Positions 52,082 to 63,577 are shown, numbered from the stretch's first letter. The stretch: 64,000 nucleotides of DNA from an uncultured Actinomycetota bacterium (GCA_963721365.1 CAVRJE010000023.1:110668-174667); one strand, 5' to 3'. Notes: generated by a model from the sequence alone, not told the origin. A program made the numbers and translations.

Positions 52082-53622
52082 CTAGACAACACATGGCCGC
52101 TCGACTTGGCAGCCGGTTTCGCTTGGTCAGCCCGGCCCAGAATGGCTACGTCTTGATCCTGGCCATGCTCATCCTCGTAGCTCTCGGCATGGCGTCGGCG
52201 ACGCTTCTCACTGCGACGTTGGCCAACCAACAGCACGTGAGTCGCGATCGCGCCTACACTCAGTCGCTCGCCGTCGCCGAAGCTGGACTCAACCAGTACC
52301 TGTGGATGGTGGCAAGCGGAAGCAGTTCCCGGAGCAACGGTTTCGCCATCGCGGGCAACACCGGTCCGGATCCCCGCTTCAAGGTGTTCGATCTCACCGA
52401 CATCTACGATTCTTCCGTCAAGGGACGTACGCCATGAGGGTGACCCCGCCGAGCGCATCGGATTCCAACGTCCACGTGACTGTCACCGGACAAGCCACCT
52501 CCCCCGAGGACGCCCCCCGGACGGTCACTGCCGAGTTGGGTCGGCCATCGTTCAGCCAGTACCTGCTTCTCACGAATGACGAAGTCTGGATCGGCGGGCC
52601 GCTCAACCGCATGTGGCACGGCAAGACCTTCTCCAACACCGGCATCTGCATCGACACCGCCGACGTCAACGAGACGATCTCGTGCTCCAACGCGACTTAC
52701 AACAGCAGCATGTTCGGCGGCACCCACCCCGGGGTCTGGTCGGGCCACCATACACGGTGCCCGCAACGATCCCTCCCGGGCCTTCTGGCAATTCCCGGTG
52801 CCTGCGATCAGCTTCGCCACCGTCACCTCAGACTTCGTCAACTTGAACGGTCTGGCCGTGGGCAACGGAATCAACCTTCCCTACTCAACCAGCACCGCTC
52901 ACGGCGCGGCCCAGGGCTGGTACATCAAGCTGCTCCCCGGCAGTCAGTACCAGATGAAGCGGGTCACGGCGAGAGTCCGAGACCACAAGCGGCAGCGGCG
53001 GAAGCCTGACGATGGTAGCCCCCACGTCGCCGGTACCGAGCGGCACCTACCCGTATCCCACTAGCGGGGTCATCTACGCGAACGACAACGTGTGGGTGGA
53101 GGGCACCAACCTCGACGGTCGCATCACCATCGCCAGTTCAGGCCAGCTGAACGGCTCGGGCAAGAACTCGGCCACGTCCATCCACGTCGTAGGCAACCTC
53201 ACCTATTCGGGTAAGGACGGCACCAGTCGCGGTGGGTCTCATCGCTCAGAACAACGTGGAGATACCGCGCTACGCGCCCTTGGGCGCGAGCGGCAGCGTG
53301 TCGCAGCAGGACATGGAGATCGACGCGGCCGTGATCGCCCAGCAGGGCAAGGAGTCCTGTAACGCAGCCGACGCGAGCGGGAACAACTACGGACCCATCC
53401 GCGATATGCTCACCATCTACGGCTCCGTCAGCTCGTTTCACACACCATACCGAGCTACGGTCAGCAACGGCAATACCCTGGGCGGTTTCGTGAATGGCAC
53501 AAACACCTACGACGCCTGGCTGCTTAAAGACCCGCCCCCCCTACTTCCCGACGGTGGGCAGCTATCAGATTATCAATTGGCAGGAACTACCCAGCGCCCA
53601 GGGTGTCCTACCCGCCTCGTAG
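52075..53622 (+). CDS. large PilX-family protein (PilX_N domain plus about 450-aa C-terminal region); four or more frame breaks
   Basis: N-terminus NGYVLILAMLILVALGMASATLL...AVAEAGLNQYL is PilX_N-like. The body is spread over ORFs 52302..53009, 52576..53064, 53012..53362 and 53232..53744. Terminal frame reads ...YFPTVGSYQIINWQELPSAQGVLPAS*. Confidence 0.5.
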
Positions 53623-53769
53623 TTTTGGTGGTGTCGCGCAACCCCTCGTGCGCGAGCGGCCGCTGGTTGGCTATTCAAATACCGATAGCGCCATCGCCGG
53701 AACCTGGCCCATACGCGCCGGGCTCAGTATCGACGTCACCCTGATAGCGCGCGGCCCCTCCGCGTGCTC

Positions 53770-54859
53770 GGCCAGATCGACGACAGCCCGACCTGTTCCC
53801 CTGTCCACAACCGCACCTTCGGCCGGTCGAGCGGCTGTCCGGCGGCCGGGGGCTCGCAGACCACTCCCAGGTCTCCGTTGTCGAGGTGCACGAGAGTGCC
53901 CGGCGGATAGATCCCGATCATCTCCACGAACAGCTTCACCAGCAGCGGGTCGAAGAACGTGCCCGAATAGTGAACCAGGTAGGTGACCGCCTCGTAGGGG
54001 GTTATGCTGAAGCGCCTGTACCGCCGGGCGGTGGTGAGAGCGTCGTAGCGGTCGGCGATGGCCACGATGTTCCCGAACAGGGACACGTGATCGTGGATCG
54101 GGACTCGGGGTAGCCGCTCATGTCGTAGTTGAGGTGATGCTCGTAGGCGACTGATGACCGCCCTCATGCTCGATGTCGTCAGCCGCCGGCCGCCCACCAG
54201 GGCGCGGGCGGCGGCGATCGGATGCTTGCGCATCTCCTCCTACTCTCGCGGGTCGAGAGGTCCGGGCTTGTCGAGCACGCCCGGAGTCACTTCCAGCTTG
54301 CCGGCGTCGTGCAGGAATGCGGCCATGCAAAGCTCGCCGAGCTTGGATTTGCTCAGCCCCAGACGTTGGCCCAGCAACACCGACAGGATGGCCACGTTCG
54401 CCGAATGCGATATCAGCCGATCGTCGGACTCCTTGATGGTGGTCAGAGCGAGCAACGAGTTTGGGTCCTCCATTATCTGGTCCACGAGCGTCTGGGTGAC
54501 CCTGCGCAGCATCCGCATATCCGCGTCGGCTGGCGTGCTCCGTGCTGTCGCGGAGCCTCTCGCCCAGATAGACCGCCACGGCGTACGCTTCGACTGGGAC
54601 GACAGCCTGGGCCCGACCGCCGGGGGTCAGCAGCTCCACGTCCACGTGCGTCACCCCACGCCGGCGAAGAAGCCCGGTGATCTCGTCCGGTCCGCTCGCG
54701 TTCTCGCGGGCGAGCACCAGCGCGAGACTCATCAGTTCCGTCTGCAGACACGCCCGCGTGGATGGTGATGGCGTTGATCCCCTTGTCGGCGAACAGCTGG
54801 GTCAGGGAGGCGAAGCGCTGGTAAGTGACGACAGAGGTGCGTATGCGCGCCGACCCCAC
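53770..54859 (-). CDS. HD-GYP domain c-di-GMP phosphodiesterase-like protein; frame breaks
   Basis: HDAGKL...LDKPGPL followed by HP...GNIVAIADRYDALTTARRYR... in ORFs 54240..54518 and 53736..54233. The N-terminal unknown domain is in ORFs 54118..54732 and 54473..54859. Confidence 0.65.
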
Positions 54860-54889
54860 GAAGACGCAGTGGCTGTGCGTCGCCTATTC

Positions 54890-55777
54890 TCACCAGGCCT
54901 TCCTCGTCGACGCGCTCGACGACTTGAGCGGCCAGCGCGGAGCATGACCTCCTGCATCACCGCGTTGTCGGCGTCGAAGTAGCCGGCCGTTCTGATGGCG
55001 GCCGCCAGGCCGAGCGCCAATGCCTGGTCGGCCCCGGGGGACAGCGGCGGGCGGGGCGGCGTCGCTCATCAGCATCACCAGCCGGGGTGGAGGACTTGCG
55101 ATGGACAGCATCCGCGGCGGCGCGACTGATCTGAGGTTCGGCAGGACCGTGGCCGCCGCCTGCAGCGCGGCGTGGGCCGCCGGCGCGCGGACGCGGCCCA
55201 GCGCTAGCACCGCCGCCACGCGGAACGCCATGGGGCGGGCCGACAGCAGGCTCTTCCTCCAGGACCGCACCAGCAGGGGGATGGCTTTCTCCTGAGCCAG
55301 TTCGGCGTAGGCCCCCAGAAAGGCTTCCATCTCCTCCCCGGAGAGAGAGTAGAAAGCTGCGATCTTCGATACGGGCGAGGAGGAGCGCCTCTGTTCGGGC
55401 CCTCCCTTGCGCCCGACGGCATTCGCCGCGAGGATGCGCACCGACGGGTCTGTGTCCGACAGCGCCTGCGAGAAAGCACTGAAGGCCGCCCGGCCGCCCA
55501 GCCGTCCAAGAGCCCGGACGGTCTCCCGCCTCACCCGTACGTCGTGATGGGCCAGCAAGCGCGGGGCGTGATCGGTCAGCTCCTCGTGCCCGATCCCTGC
55601 CGCCAATTGCACGGCGTTTCGAACCACGTACCAGCGCGGGTCTCCGAGAAGAGGCTCCAGATCCTGCCAAGGCACGGCGCCCTCTCCCCCGAGGATGTCG
55701 AGGACGGTCTTGCGAACGGTGCGATCCGTCGTCTCGGTGAGGATCTCGAGAAGGGAACGGGTGATCCACTTACTCAC
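54890..55777 (-). CDS. HEAT-repeat (PBS-lyase-type) protein, possibly the C-terminal part of the upstream ORF
   Basis: Repeated units DPRWYVVRNAVQLAAGIG / VRVRRETVRALGRLG / DPSVRILAANAVGRKG. The start is only 16 nt from the end of ORF 55793..56740. Confidence 0.5.
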   Translation of the reverse strand: MSKWITRSLLEILTETTDRTVRKTVLDILGGEGAVPWQDLEPLLGDPRWYVVRNAVQLAAGIGHEELTDHAPRLLAHHDVRVRRETVRALGRLGGRAAFSAFSQALSDTDPSVRILAANAVGRKGGPEQRRSSSPVSKIAAFYSLSGEEMEAFLGAYAELAQEKAIPLLVRSWRKSLLSARPMAFRVAAVLALGRVRAPAAHAALQAAATVLPNLRSVAPPRMLSIASPPPRLVMLMSDAAPPAAVPRGRPGIGARPGGRHQNGRLLRRRQRGDAGGHAPRWPLKSSSASTRKAW

Positions 55778-55792
55778 CGACTTGAGAAACGT

Positions 55793-56740
55793 TCACTGCT
55801 CGTCCGTCGCCTGCCCCTGCGAAGAAGGCGCCGGACGTGATCGGCCGTGATGGCGCTCGCCGGCTACGAACCCCACCGACCCGGCGGGGCACCAGCGCTG
55901 CGCCTCCAACTCCCCCAGGCGCTCGAGCACGAACGTAGCGCCGTCGAGATCATCGTCGTCGAGATAGGCCGCGACCACCACGCCGAGCGACTGGATGAGA
56001 ACGTCGCTGGCCGAGGTGATGAACGACTTGCCCGCGACTTCCAGAAGGACTTCCGCGTAGTCGGGAAGCACCGAGGAGAGGTCCTCGATCGCTCGTTCCG
56101 CCCTTTCGATCTCCTCGGGCGTGAGTTGCAGACCGGCGCTGTCGAAAGGCTTGGGTTTTACGGCGCGCATCCCCGCACGCGCCAGATCTCCCGCAGATAC
56201 GCCAGGGGCCTGCGCCATCTCCAGCCTGCTCTGGACGGTCTCGCGCAGGGCGTCGACCATCCCTTCGCGGAACTCCCCACCGCCGAGGAAGGGATCGACC
56301 ACCTGATAGTCGATGCGGTTCAGATCGCGCTCCCAAAGCGCTGTGACCAGATCGTGCTCCATGCTGGCCAGGTCGTCGGCGTGGGATAGGCAGTCCACCA
56401 GGGCTTCGACCTCTTCCACCGCGCAGCCCGGCTGCAGGGAGAGCGACCGGATCCCGTCGCGGAACATCAGGAAGGCCAGATTGTCCCGGCTGGTCTCGTT
56501 CACGTAGACCACTTCGTCCTCGAGGACCAGTGCGTTCTCCTGCACAGCTAGGGTGAGTGGACCCCATTGCTCGAGGTGTTGGGTTATGGCGACGGCCAGA
56601 TCTTCGATGGTCTCACGTGCCGAAGGATGGCCGGCCGGATACAGGCGCAGGTCGCGATACGCTCGGTTGAACGAACTGCAGACCCCACTCGCTGCAGCCT
56701 GCTGAGAAGACACTGGGAGACTTTCAGCCATGTTGTCCAT
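55793..56740 (-). CDS. hypothetical protein (unknown alpha-helical domain)
   Basis: 315-aa ORF with acidic patches. No recognisable motif. May form one roughly 600-aa protein with the HEAT-repeat ORF. Confidence 0.4.
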   Translation of the reverse strand: MDNMAESLPVSSQQAAASGVCSSFNRAYRDLRLYPAGHPSARETIEDLAVAITQHLEQWGPLTLAVQENALVLEDEVVYVNETSRDNLAFLMFRDGIRSLSLQPGCAVEEVEALVDCLSHADDLASMEHDLVTALWERDLNRIDYQVVDPFLGGGEFREGMVDALRETVQSRLEMAQAPGVSAGDLARAGMRAVKPKPFDSAGLQLTPEEIERAERAIEDLSSVLPDYAEVLLEVAGKSFITSASDVLIQSLGVVVAAYLDDDDLDGATFVLERLGELEAQRWCPAGSVGFVAGERHHGRSRPAPSSQGQATDEQ

Positions 56741-56826
56741 GTTTTCGAGAGTCCGGACGGCATTCCTTTGAGGGTGGCATGCGTAGCGCCAGTTCCCCGC
56801 GGCATCGGGCGCGCTTCACGAGGCGG

Positions 56827-57417
56827 CTAAAGACCGCTGCTGCCGAAGCCTCCCTGGCCTCTGGTGGTGTCGGGTAGGTGGTCTACCGCGAGGAACTCGG
56901 GTTCCTCCACCTTCTGCACGACGAACTGAGCGATCCGCTCGCCTACCGCGACTGTGAAAGGCTCGCGGCCCGAGTTGTACAGGGAGACCCGCACTTCACT
57001 GCTGCCGAAGCCTCCCTCGCCCCTGCTGGTGTCGGGTAGCTCGTCGGTCGCGAGGAACTCGGGTTCCTCCACCTTCTGCACGACGAGCTGGGCGATCCGC
57101 TCCCCTACCGCGACCGTGAACGGCTCGCGGCCCGAGTTGTACAGCGAGACCCGCACTTCGCCCCGGTAGCCGGCGTCGATCAGACCCGGGGAGTTCACCA
57201 CCATGATGCCGTGCTTGAAGGCCAGCCCCGACCGGGGCTGGACGAAACCCGCGTAGCCACTCGGGATGGCCAGCGCTATGCCGGTTCCGACGTCCCTCCT
57301 ATCCCCCGCGGGGATCACTACCTCTTCCACCGAGAAGAGATCGGCTCCGGCGTCACCCGGGTGGGCCCTCCGGGGCAGTTGCGCCGCGGGATGTAGCAGC
57401 CGGACTGGGAGTTCCAC
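56827..57417 (-). CDS. dut: dUTP diphosphatase with an in-frame tandem duplication of the C-terminal motif-V arm
   Basis: dUTPase motifs AGADLFS, RSGLAFKHG and GLIDAGYRGEV. The 55-aa segment EVRVSLYNSGREPFTVAVGERIAQ[L/F]VVQKVEEPEFLA.D.LPDT.RG.GGFGSS is present twice. Confidence 0.85.
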   Translation of the reverse strand: MELPVRLLHPAAQLPRRAHPGDAGADLFSVEEVVIPAGDRRDVGTGIALAIPSGYAGFVQPRSGLAFKHGIMVVNSPGLIDAGYRGEVRVSLYNSGREPFTVAVGERIAQLVVQKVEEPEFLATDELPDTSRGEGGFGSSEVRVSLYNSGREPFTVAVGERIAQFVVQKVEEPEFLAVDHLPDTTRGQGGFGSSGL

Positions 57418-57430
57418 GCTAGCCTCGGCT

Positions 57431-58595
57431 CACAGGCGCAGCGACCGCTCGATGCGCTCCACCGCCTCGGCGATGCGGTCGTCCGGCGTCGTGAGCGACA
57501 GCCGCACGAAGCCCTCTCCGGCCGGGCCGTAGCCCGAGCCGGGCGTGATCGACTACTCCGGCCTGCTCCAGCACGTGCTCGCTGAATCCCGCCGAGGTGT
57601 AGCCGGCCGGGACGGGGATCCACATGTAGATGGTCCCCTTGATCTTGCGGCACCTGCATCCCGACCGAAGTCAGGGCCTCGGCCAGCAGGTCGCGCCGGC
57701 GCCGGTAGACCTCGCACATCTCGTCGACGAAGTCCCAGGGGCCGTTGAGGATGAAGGCCGACGTGCGCTGCAGGGCGTCGAACATGCCGGAGTCCATGTT
57801 GGTCTTGAGGCGCCAGAGGTGCTCGAGGATGTCGTGATTGCCCACGGCGAAGCCGGTGCGCCAACCGGTCATATTGAACGGCTTGGAGAAGCTGAAGAAC
57901 TCCACCCCGATGTCCTTGGCGCCCGGCACGGCCAGGAAACTTGGCGCCACATAACCGTCGTACGTGAGCTCCGAGTAGGCGTTGTCATGGACTACCGCGA
58001 TGTCGTAGCGCTTGGCGAAAGCCACCACGCGCTCGAAGAAGTCGTCCTCGATCACGGCGGCAGTGGGGTTGTTGGGATAGCCGATGAAGAGGACCTTGGC
58101 CCGCCGGGCGTCCTCTTCGCTGATCTCGTCCAGATCGGGCAGGAAGCCCTTCTCCGGGTTCAGCCGCAGGTAGCGGACTTCGGCTCCGGCCAGGATGGAG
58201 CCGCCCGAGTAGACGGGGTAACCCGGGTCGGGGACCAGCGCGAGGTCGCCAACGTCGAGCATGGAGAGGCAGATGTGGGCGAGTCCCTCTTTGGCGCCCA
58301 GAAGGGCCATGAACTCCTGCGTGGGGTCTATGTCGACGCCGAAACGCCGCTTGTAGAAGGAGGCCGCCGCGCTGGCGTACTCCGGATGGCCCCAGTTGCT
58401 CGGATAGCGGTCGTTGGCGGGGTCGGCCACCTGACGCCGCATCTCCTCGACGATGTAGGCGGGGGTGGGCAGATCGGGGTCGCCGATGCCCAGACTGATG
58501 ACGTCGACGCCGCTCTTCCGCTTCTCCGAGATCTTCCGCTCCATCTCGGCAAAGAGATAGGGAGCGAGGTTGTCCATCCGCCGGGAGAATCGCAC
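57431..58595 (-). CDS. dapL: LL-diaminopimelate aminotransferase (DapL-type class I aminotransferase); C-terminal frame breaks
   Basis: N-terminus [39 protein letters not shown] is DapL-like. PLP lysine [13 protein letters not shown]-terminus [24 protein letters not shown]...[14 protein letters not shown] is in ORF 57419..57625 and beyond. Confidence 0.7.
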
Positions 58596-58611
58596 GTCGG
58601 CCTCCTCGTTG

Positions 58612-59534
58612 TCAGTCGTTCGCGGGCGCCGGCCACCCCAGCCGGCGCAGCAACTCTTCGCTCAGTTCGCAGGTGAAGACCTCTTCGGCCGGGCCGGTCA
58701 TGAACACCCGCAGGCCGTCCTGACCCTCCTGGGCGCCGAGGCGGCGCGCTCCGGCGCCTCCACCTCGATCACCAGGTCGCCGCCGAGCAGGCGCACCGTC
58801 ACCGGGCTGGAGGCCAGCCCCAACCGGACGGAGGCCGCCCCCACAGCGGTGGCCCCGGTCCCGCACGCCTGAGTCTCCCCCACGCCCCGCTCCCATACGC
58901 GCATGCGCACCGAACCATCGGCCTCGGGATGGATGAACTCGACGTTCACCCGATTCGGGAACAGGCGGTGCCTCTCGATCGCTCCGCCGACGGCGGGCAG
59001 GTCGATCTCTGCCGGGTCGTCCACCTGGATGACGCAATGGGGATTGCCAACGTCGACGAAGGTGAAGCGATAGCTCCTCTGCAGGGCCTCGAGAACAGCG
59101 TCGACCACGCCGTCGGGCGCCGTCGCCGCGACCAAGGTGGTGTCGATACTCCCGCTCTGGAATCGGGCGCGCCCCATGTCCACCCGGACCGCCCCCCCAT
59201 CAAGCAGGCGAGGGGTTATCGGACCGGCAAGCGTCTCCAGCGTGAATTCCGGCTCCTCCACGGCGCCTGTGGCTGCCAGGTAGCGCGCGAAGATACGAAT
59301 GCCGTTCCCGCACATCTCCGACTCACTGCCGTCGGGATTGAATATGCGCATCCGGGCGACGGCGCCGGGAACCGCGCCGGTGGGCGCCGAGCGGAGCAGG
59401 ATGCCGTCGGAGCCGACCCCGAGATGGCGGTCACAGAGCAGGACGATCGACGCGGTGGTGAGGGGGGCCGGGAGGTCCGATTCCTCGACGACCAGGTAGT
59501 CGTTGCCCAACCCGTGCCACTTAGCCAGCTTCAT
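58612..59534 (-). CDS. dapF: diaminopimelate epimerase; C-terminal frame break near 58740
   Basis: MKLAKWHGLGNDYLVV...NPDGSESEMCGNGIR...GNPHCV...GTGATA (both catalytic Cys). C-terminus DGLRVFMTGPAEEVFTCELSEELLRRLGW is in ORF 58612..59037. Confidence 0.85.
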
Positions 59535-60490
59535 GTTGTCGAGACTCCTCGGCGGTCCGCTTCGCCAGCGCTAGGTCCAGGATCTCGCGGGCAATCTCTT
59601 CCGGGTCCCGGTCTTGGACGTCAATGATAACAGCGTCCTTCAGCTTCCGCAGCCACGTCAGCTGCCGCCGGGCGTAGCGCCGGGTGGCGCCGGCGATCTG
59701 TTCCGCCGCCCCCTCCCGGGTCAGCTCACCGTCGAGATGCCGGCAGATCTCGCGGTATCCGATGGCGCTCCTTATCCCCGGCCCGCCTGGGGTCGTGGCT
59801 TCTCGCCCGTGTTCTTCCCGAAACCGGCGAACCTCATCCACGGCTCCCTCTGCGACCATCCTGCCGGCCCGGACTCCTATGCGCGCGTCCAATCCGCCCC
59901 GGTCCAGCGTGAGTCCCACCACCAGGGTCGGCCGGTCGTAGCGAGGGTTCCACAGGTCGTCCCGGCCCGACCACGCCTTGCCCCCGGCGAGGACCGCTTC
60001 CAAGGCGCGGACCACCCGGCGGACGTTCCTCGGGTCCACGGCTTCGGCCGCCTGTGGATCCAGCCGGGCCAGTTCGGCGTGGAGCGCATCGGCGCCTTCG
60101 GCCGCCGCGCGCGCCTCCAGCCGCGCGCGCACCTCCGCATCGCTGGGCGCCACCGCCAGCGGCGCCAGCGCCGCCCGGAGGTACAGCCCGGTGCCGCCGG
60201 CGATCACTGCAGCCCCCTTCTGATCCGCGTCCGTCGCAACGAGCGGCCTGGCGGAGGCGGCGTACTCAGCCGCCGAAAAGCCCCGGACCGGGTCGACGAA
60301 ACCGACCAGCGCGTGGTCCACCCCGCGCATCTCGACGGGAGAGGGCTGGTTGGTGAGCACGGGAAAGCCGCGATACACCTGCATGGAATCGCACGAGATC
60401 ACTCGGACGCCCAGCGAGCGGGCGAGGGCTGCCGCCACCGGCGTCTTGCCCACGCCGTGGGCCCGAGCACCCCGATGACGACGCGCGGCA
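59521..60490 (-). CDS. miaA: tRNA dimethylallyltransferase; N-terminal frame break near 60440
   Basis: P-loop VIGVLGPTA(V)GKT is split between frames (the tail of ORF 60399..61919 and ORF 59521..60453). CDSMQVYRG motif present. Confidence 0.8.
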
Positions 60491-60589
60491 CGCGAGCACC
60501 CGCGGCGACCGGCGCGGCGGACTCCGGGACGCGGGCCCGCTGCGCGGCGGGCGCGCCGCCGCCGCCCCGCTCGGAGCCGGCGCCGCTCA

Positions 60590-61919
60590 CTCTACCTGCC
60601 GCCCACGAAAGCTCGTGGAGGTGGCTTCGAGCAACTCCACCCACACCATGTCGCCCGGTGCGGCGCCTGGACGGGAAGTTCACGGGCTTGTGTCCGCGCG
60701 TCCGCCCCATGACCTCGCCGGCCGCGTGGCGGCTGGGCCGCTCCACCATCACTTCGACCGTCTGCCCGATGAGGGCCTGGTTGCGCTCTCGGCCGAGGCG
60801 CTGGACCACTTCGACCAGTCTGGTCATCCGATCCTCGTTCACCGCCGCCGGCAGACGGCCGGGAAGCGCCGCGGCCGCGGTATCCCGCCGCGGCGAGTAG
60901 ATGAAGGTGAAGGCCCCGTCGAAACGGCACTCCTCGACGAGCGAGAGGGTGTGAGGAAAGTCTTCCTCGGTCTCGCCGGGAAAGCCGACGATAAGGTCGG
61001 TGGTGAGAGCCAGCTCCGGCACTGCGCGGCGGAGCCGTGCGACCAGGTCCACATATCCCCGGCGGTCGTAGCGGCGGTTCATCGCAGCCAGGATGCGGTC
61101 GCTGCCCGACTGCACCGGAAGGTGGACATGCTCGCAGACCTGCTTCGACGTGGCGATGACTTCTATCAAAGCGTCCGACACGTCCTTGGGGTGGGAGGTC
61201 ATGAAGCGGACACGCTCGATGCCGGGGATGGCGCCGGCCAGCCGCAGCAGATCGGGGAACCTCTCCTTCCCCTCGAAGCCGGCCTCCATGCCGTACGCGT
61301 TGACGTTCTGGCCGAGCAAGGTGATCTCGCGGACACCCGCAGCGGCAAGCCGCTCGACCTCGGGGAGAATGTCGGCGGCAGGTCGTGACGCCTCCGGTCC
61401 GCGTACCGAGGGCACGATGCAGTAGGTGCAGTAGTTACTGCAGCCGGCGACGATCTGGACCCAGGCCGACGGGCCGTTCACCCTGGTCCGCGGCAGGTCC
61501 GCGCTCCAGCGGGTGGTGGTGTCGGCGAACGCCCCTACGGCCTCGCCACGGGTCAGCCGCTGCTCCAGCAGATGGGGAAGCTCGTGCAGGCTCTGCGGCC
61601 CCACCAGGACGTCCACGAAGGGAAAGTCCCCGAAGAACTCCTCGCGGCGGCTCTGTGCCAGACAGCCGGCCACGACCACCAGGCGCGAGGGCCGTTCCTT
61701 CTTGAGCCGCGCCGCGGTCCCGAGATGCCCGGCCAAGCGGGTATCCGCCTTCTCGCGGATAGAACACGTGTTGTAGACCAGCACGTCGGCTTCCTCGGGC
61801 GACGGCGTCGCGGCGACGCCCATCTCCTCTAGTAGGCCGGCGATCCGCTCCGAGTCGTGCTCGTTCATCTGACATCCGAACGAGCGCAGGTAGTAGGTCT
61901 GCGGCCGCACCTGACTCAA
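60590..61919 (-). CDS. miaB: tRNA-2-methylthio-N6-dimethylallyladenosine synthase
   Basis: MTTase N-terminal Cys residues (FGCQMNEHDS...YNTCSIREKA). Radical SAM motif CSNYCTYC. TRAM domain at the C-terminus. The 506-aa ORF runs on into the miaA N-terminus because a frame shift removes the stop. Confidence 0.85.
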
Positions 61920-61962
61920 CGCTCCGCCGCCCTCCGGCCCTCGCCCGCTCGAAGCGGTCCCG

Positions 61963-63504
61963 TTACTTGGCGTAGTCGACGGCCCGGCTCTCCCGGATGA
62001 CGGTCACGCGGATCGTACCCGGGTAATCAAGCTCCTGCTCGATCTCCTTGGCGATCTCGCGACACAGCAGACCCGCGGCCTGGTCGTCGACCTCGTCCGG
62101 TTTGACCAGCACCCTGATCTCGCGACCGGCCTGGATGGCATAGCACTTCTCCACACCGGGCTTGCTCTCGGCTATACGCTCGAGGGATTCCAGGCGCTTG
62201 ATGTAGGTCTCGAGAGTCTCCCGGCGCGCGCCCGGACGGGCGCCGCTTACCGCGTCGCCGGCGGCCACTAAGACCGCCTCCACCGTGGCCGCTTCGACCT
62301 CCGCGTGGTGGGATTCGATGATGTGGACGACCGCCTCCGATTCGCCGTAGCGCCGGGCAAGGTTCGCGCCGATCGCGGCATGCGAGCCTTCCACCTCGTG
62401 GTCCACGGCCTTGCCCAGGTCGTGCAGCAGGCCGGCCCGTTTGGCCAACTTGGCGTTGGCGCCGAGCTCGTTGGCCATCAGACCCGCCAGATGGGCCACT
62501 TCGAGGGAGTGGACGAGAACGTTCTGACCATAGCTGGTACGGAACTTGAGCCGGCCAAGAAGACGAAGCAACTCGGGGGCTACCCCGTGGACGTTCGCGT
62601 CGAGCACGGCCTGCTCGCCGGCGTCCTGGATCTCCTTCTCGACCTCGTCCCGCGCTTTGGAGTACATCTCCTCGATCTTCGCGGGGTGGATGCGCCCGTC
62701 GGCGACCAGTTTGGACAGGGTGATGCGCGCGATCTCCCGGCGGACGGTGTCGAAACCGGAGAGCACGACGGCCTCAGGAGTGTCGTCGATGATGAAGTCC
62801 ACACCGGTGAGGTTCTCGAGGGTCCGGATGTTGCGGCCCTCGCGTCCGATGATCCGGCCTTTCATGTCGTCCGACGGAAGCTGTACGACCGACACGGTGG
62901 TATCGGCCACATGGCTGGCGGCCGTCCGCTGGATACAAGTAGACAGGATGTCCCGGGCCCTGCGGTCGCCCTCGTGGCGCGCTTCTTCTTCGATGGCCCG
63001 TACCATCTTGGCCATGTCATGGCGGACCTCGTCTTCGGTCCGCTTGAGGATGATCTCGGCCGCTTGGTCCCTGGTCATGCCCGAGATCGTTTCCAGTTGC
63101 CGCTGCTGCTCGGCACGGGCGGTCTCCGCCTCTTCGATCACCCGGCGGTAGTGGGCCTCCCTGTCGGTGACCGACTGCTCCCGCCGCGCGATGTCCTTCT
63201 GCATGTCATCCAGGCCCTCTTCCCGGCTCAGCAGGCGGTTCTCCAGCTGGACCAACTCCTGGCGGCGCTCTTTCATCTCCACTTCGGCCTGAGTGCGGAG
63301 TTGATGCATCTCATCCTTGAGCTCGACTCGGGTTTCCCGCTGCGTCGCTTCCGCCTGTCGCTGGGCGTCCTGGATTATGCTCTCCGCGGCCTGCTCGGCC
63401 GAATGGATCTTGGCCTCACCCACGTACTTACGGGCCAAGAACCCGGCCACCACACCGATTATCGCCACAACAAGGACAACTACGATCCACAAGACTGTCA
63501 TCAT
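61963..63504 (-). CDS. rny: ribonuclease Y
   Basis: N-terminal TM helix ([17 protein letters not shown]), a long coiled coil, KH domain ([12 protein letters not shown]) and HD domain ([17 protein letters not shown]...LLHDLGK). Confidence 0.9.
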   Translation of the reverse strand: MMTVLWIVVVLVVAIIGVVAGFLARKYVGEAKIHSAEQAAESIIQDAQRQAEATQRETRVELKDEMHQLRTQAEVEMKERRQELVQLENRLLSREEGLDDMQKDIARREQSVTDREAHYRRVIEEAETARAEQQRQLETISGMTRDQAAEIILKRTEDEVRHDMAKMVRAIEEEARHEGDRRARDILSTCIQRTAASHVADTTVSVVQLPSDDMKGRIIGREGRNIRTLENLTGVDFIIDDTPEAVVLSGFDTVRREIARITLSKLVADGRIHPAKIEEMYSKARDEVEKEIQDAGEQAVLDANVHGVAPELLRLLGRLKFRTSYGQNVLVHSLEVAHLAGLMANELGANAKLAKRAGLLHDLGKAVDHEVEGSHAAIGANLARRYGESEAVVHIIESHHAEVEAATVEAVLVAAGDAVSGARPGARRETLETYIKRLESLERIAESKPGVEKCYAIQAGREIRVLVKPDEVDDQAAGLLCREIAKEIEQELDYPGTIRVTVIRESRAVDYAK

Positions 63505-63577
63505 CCGGACATCACCTATCCAGTCCACGCGCGCTATCGCGGTTTCCAGAGCTAGAAACGTGCGAAGACCGTACGGG

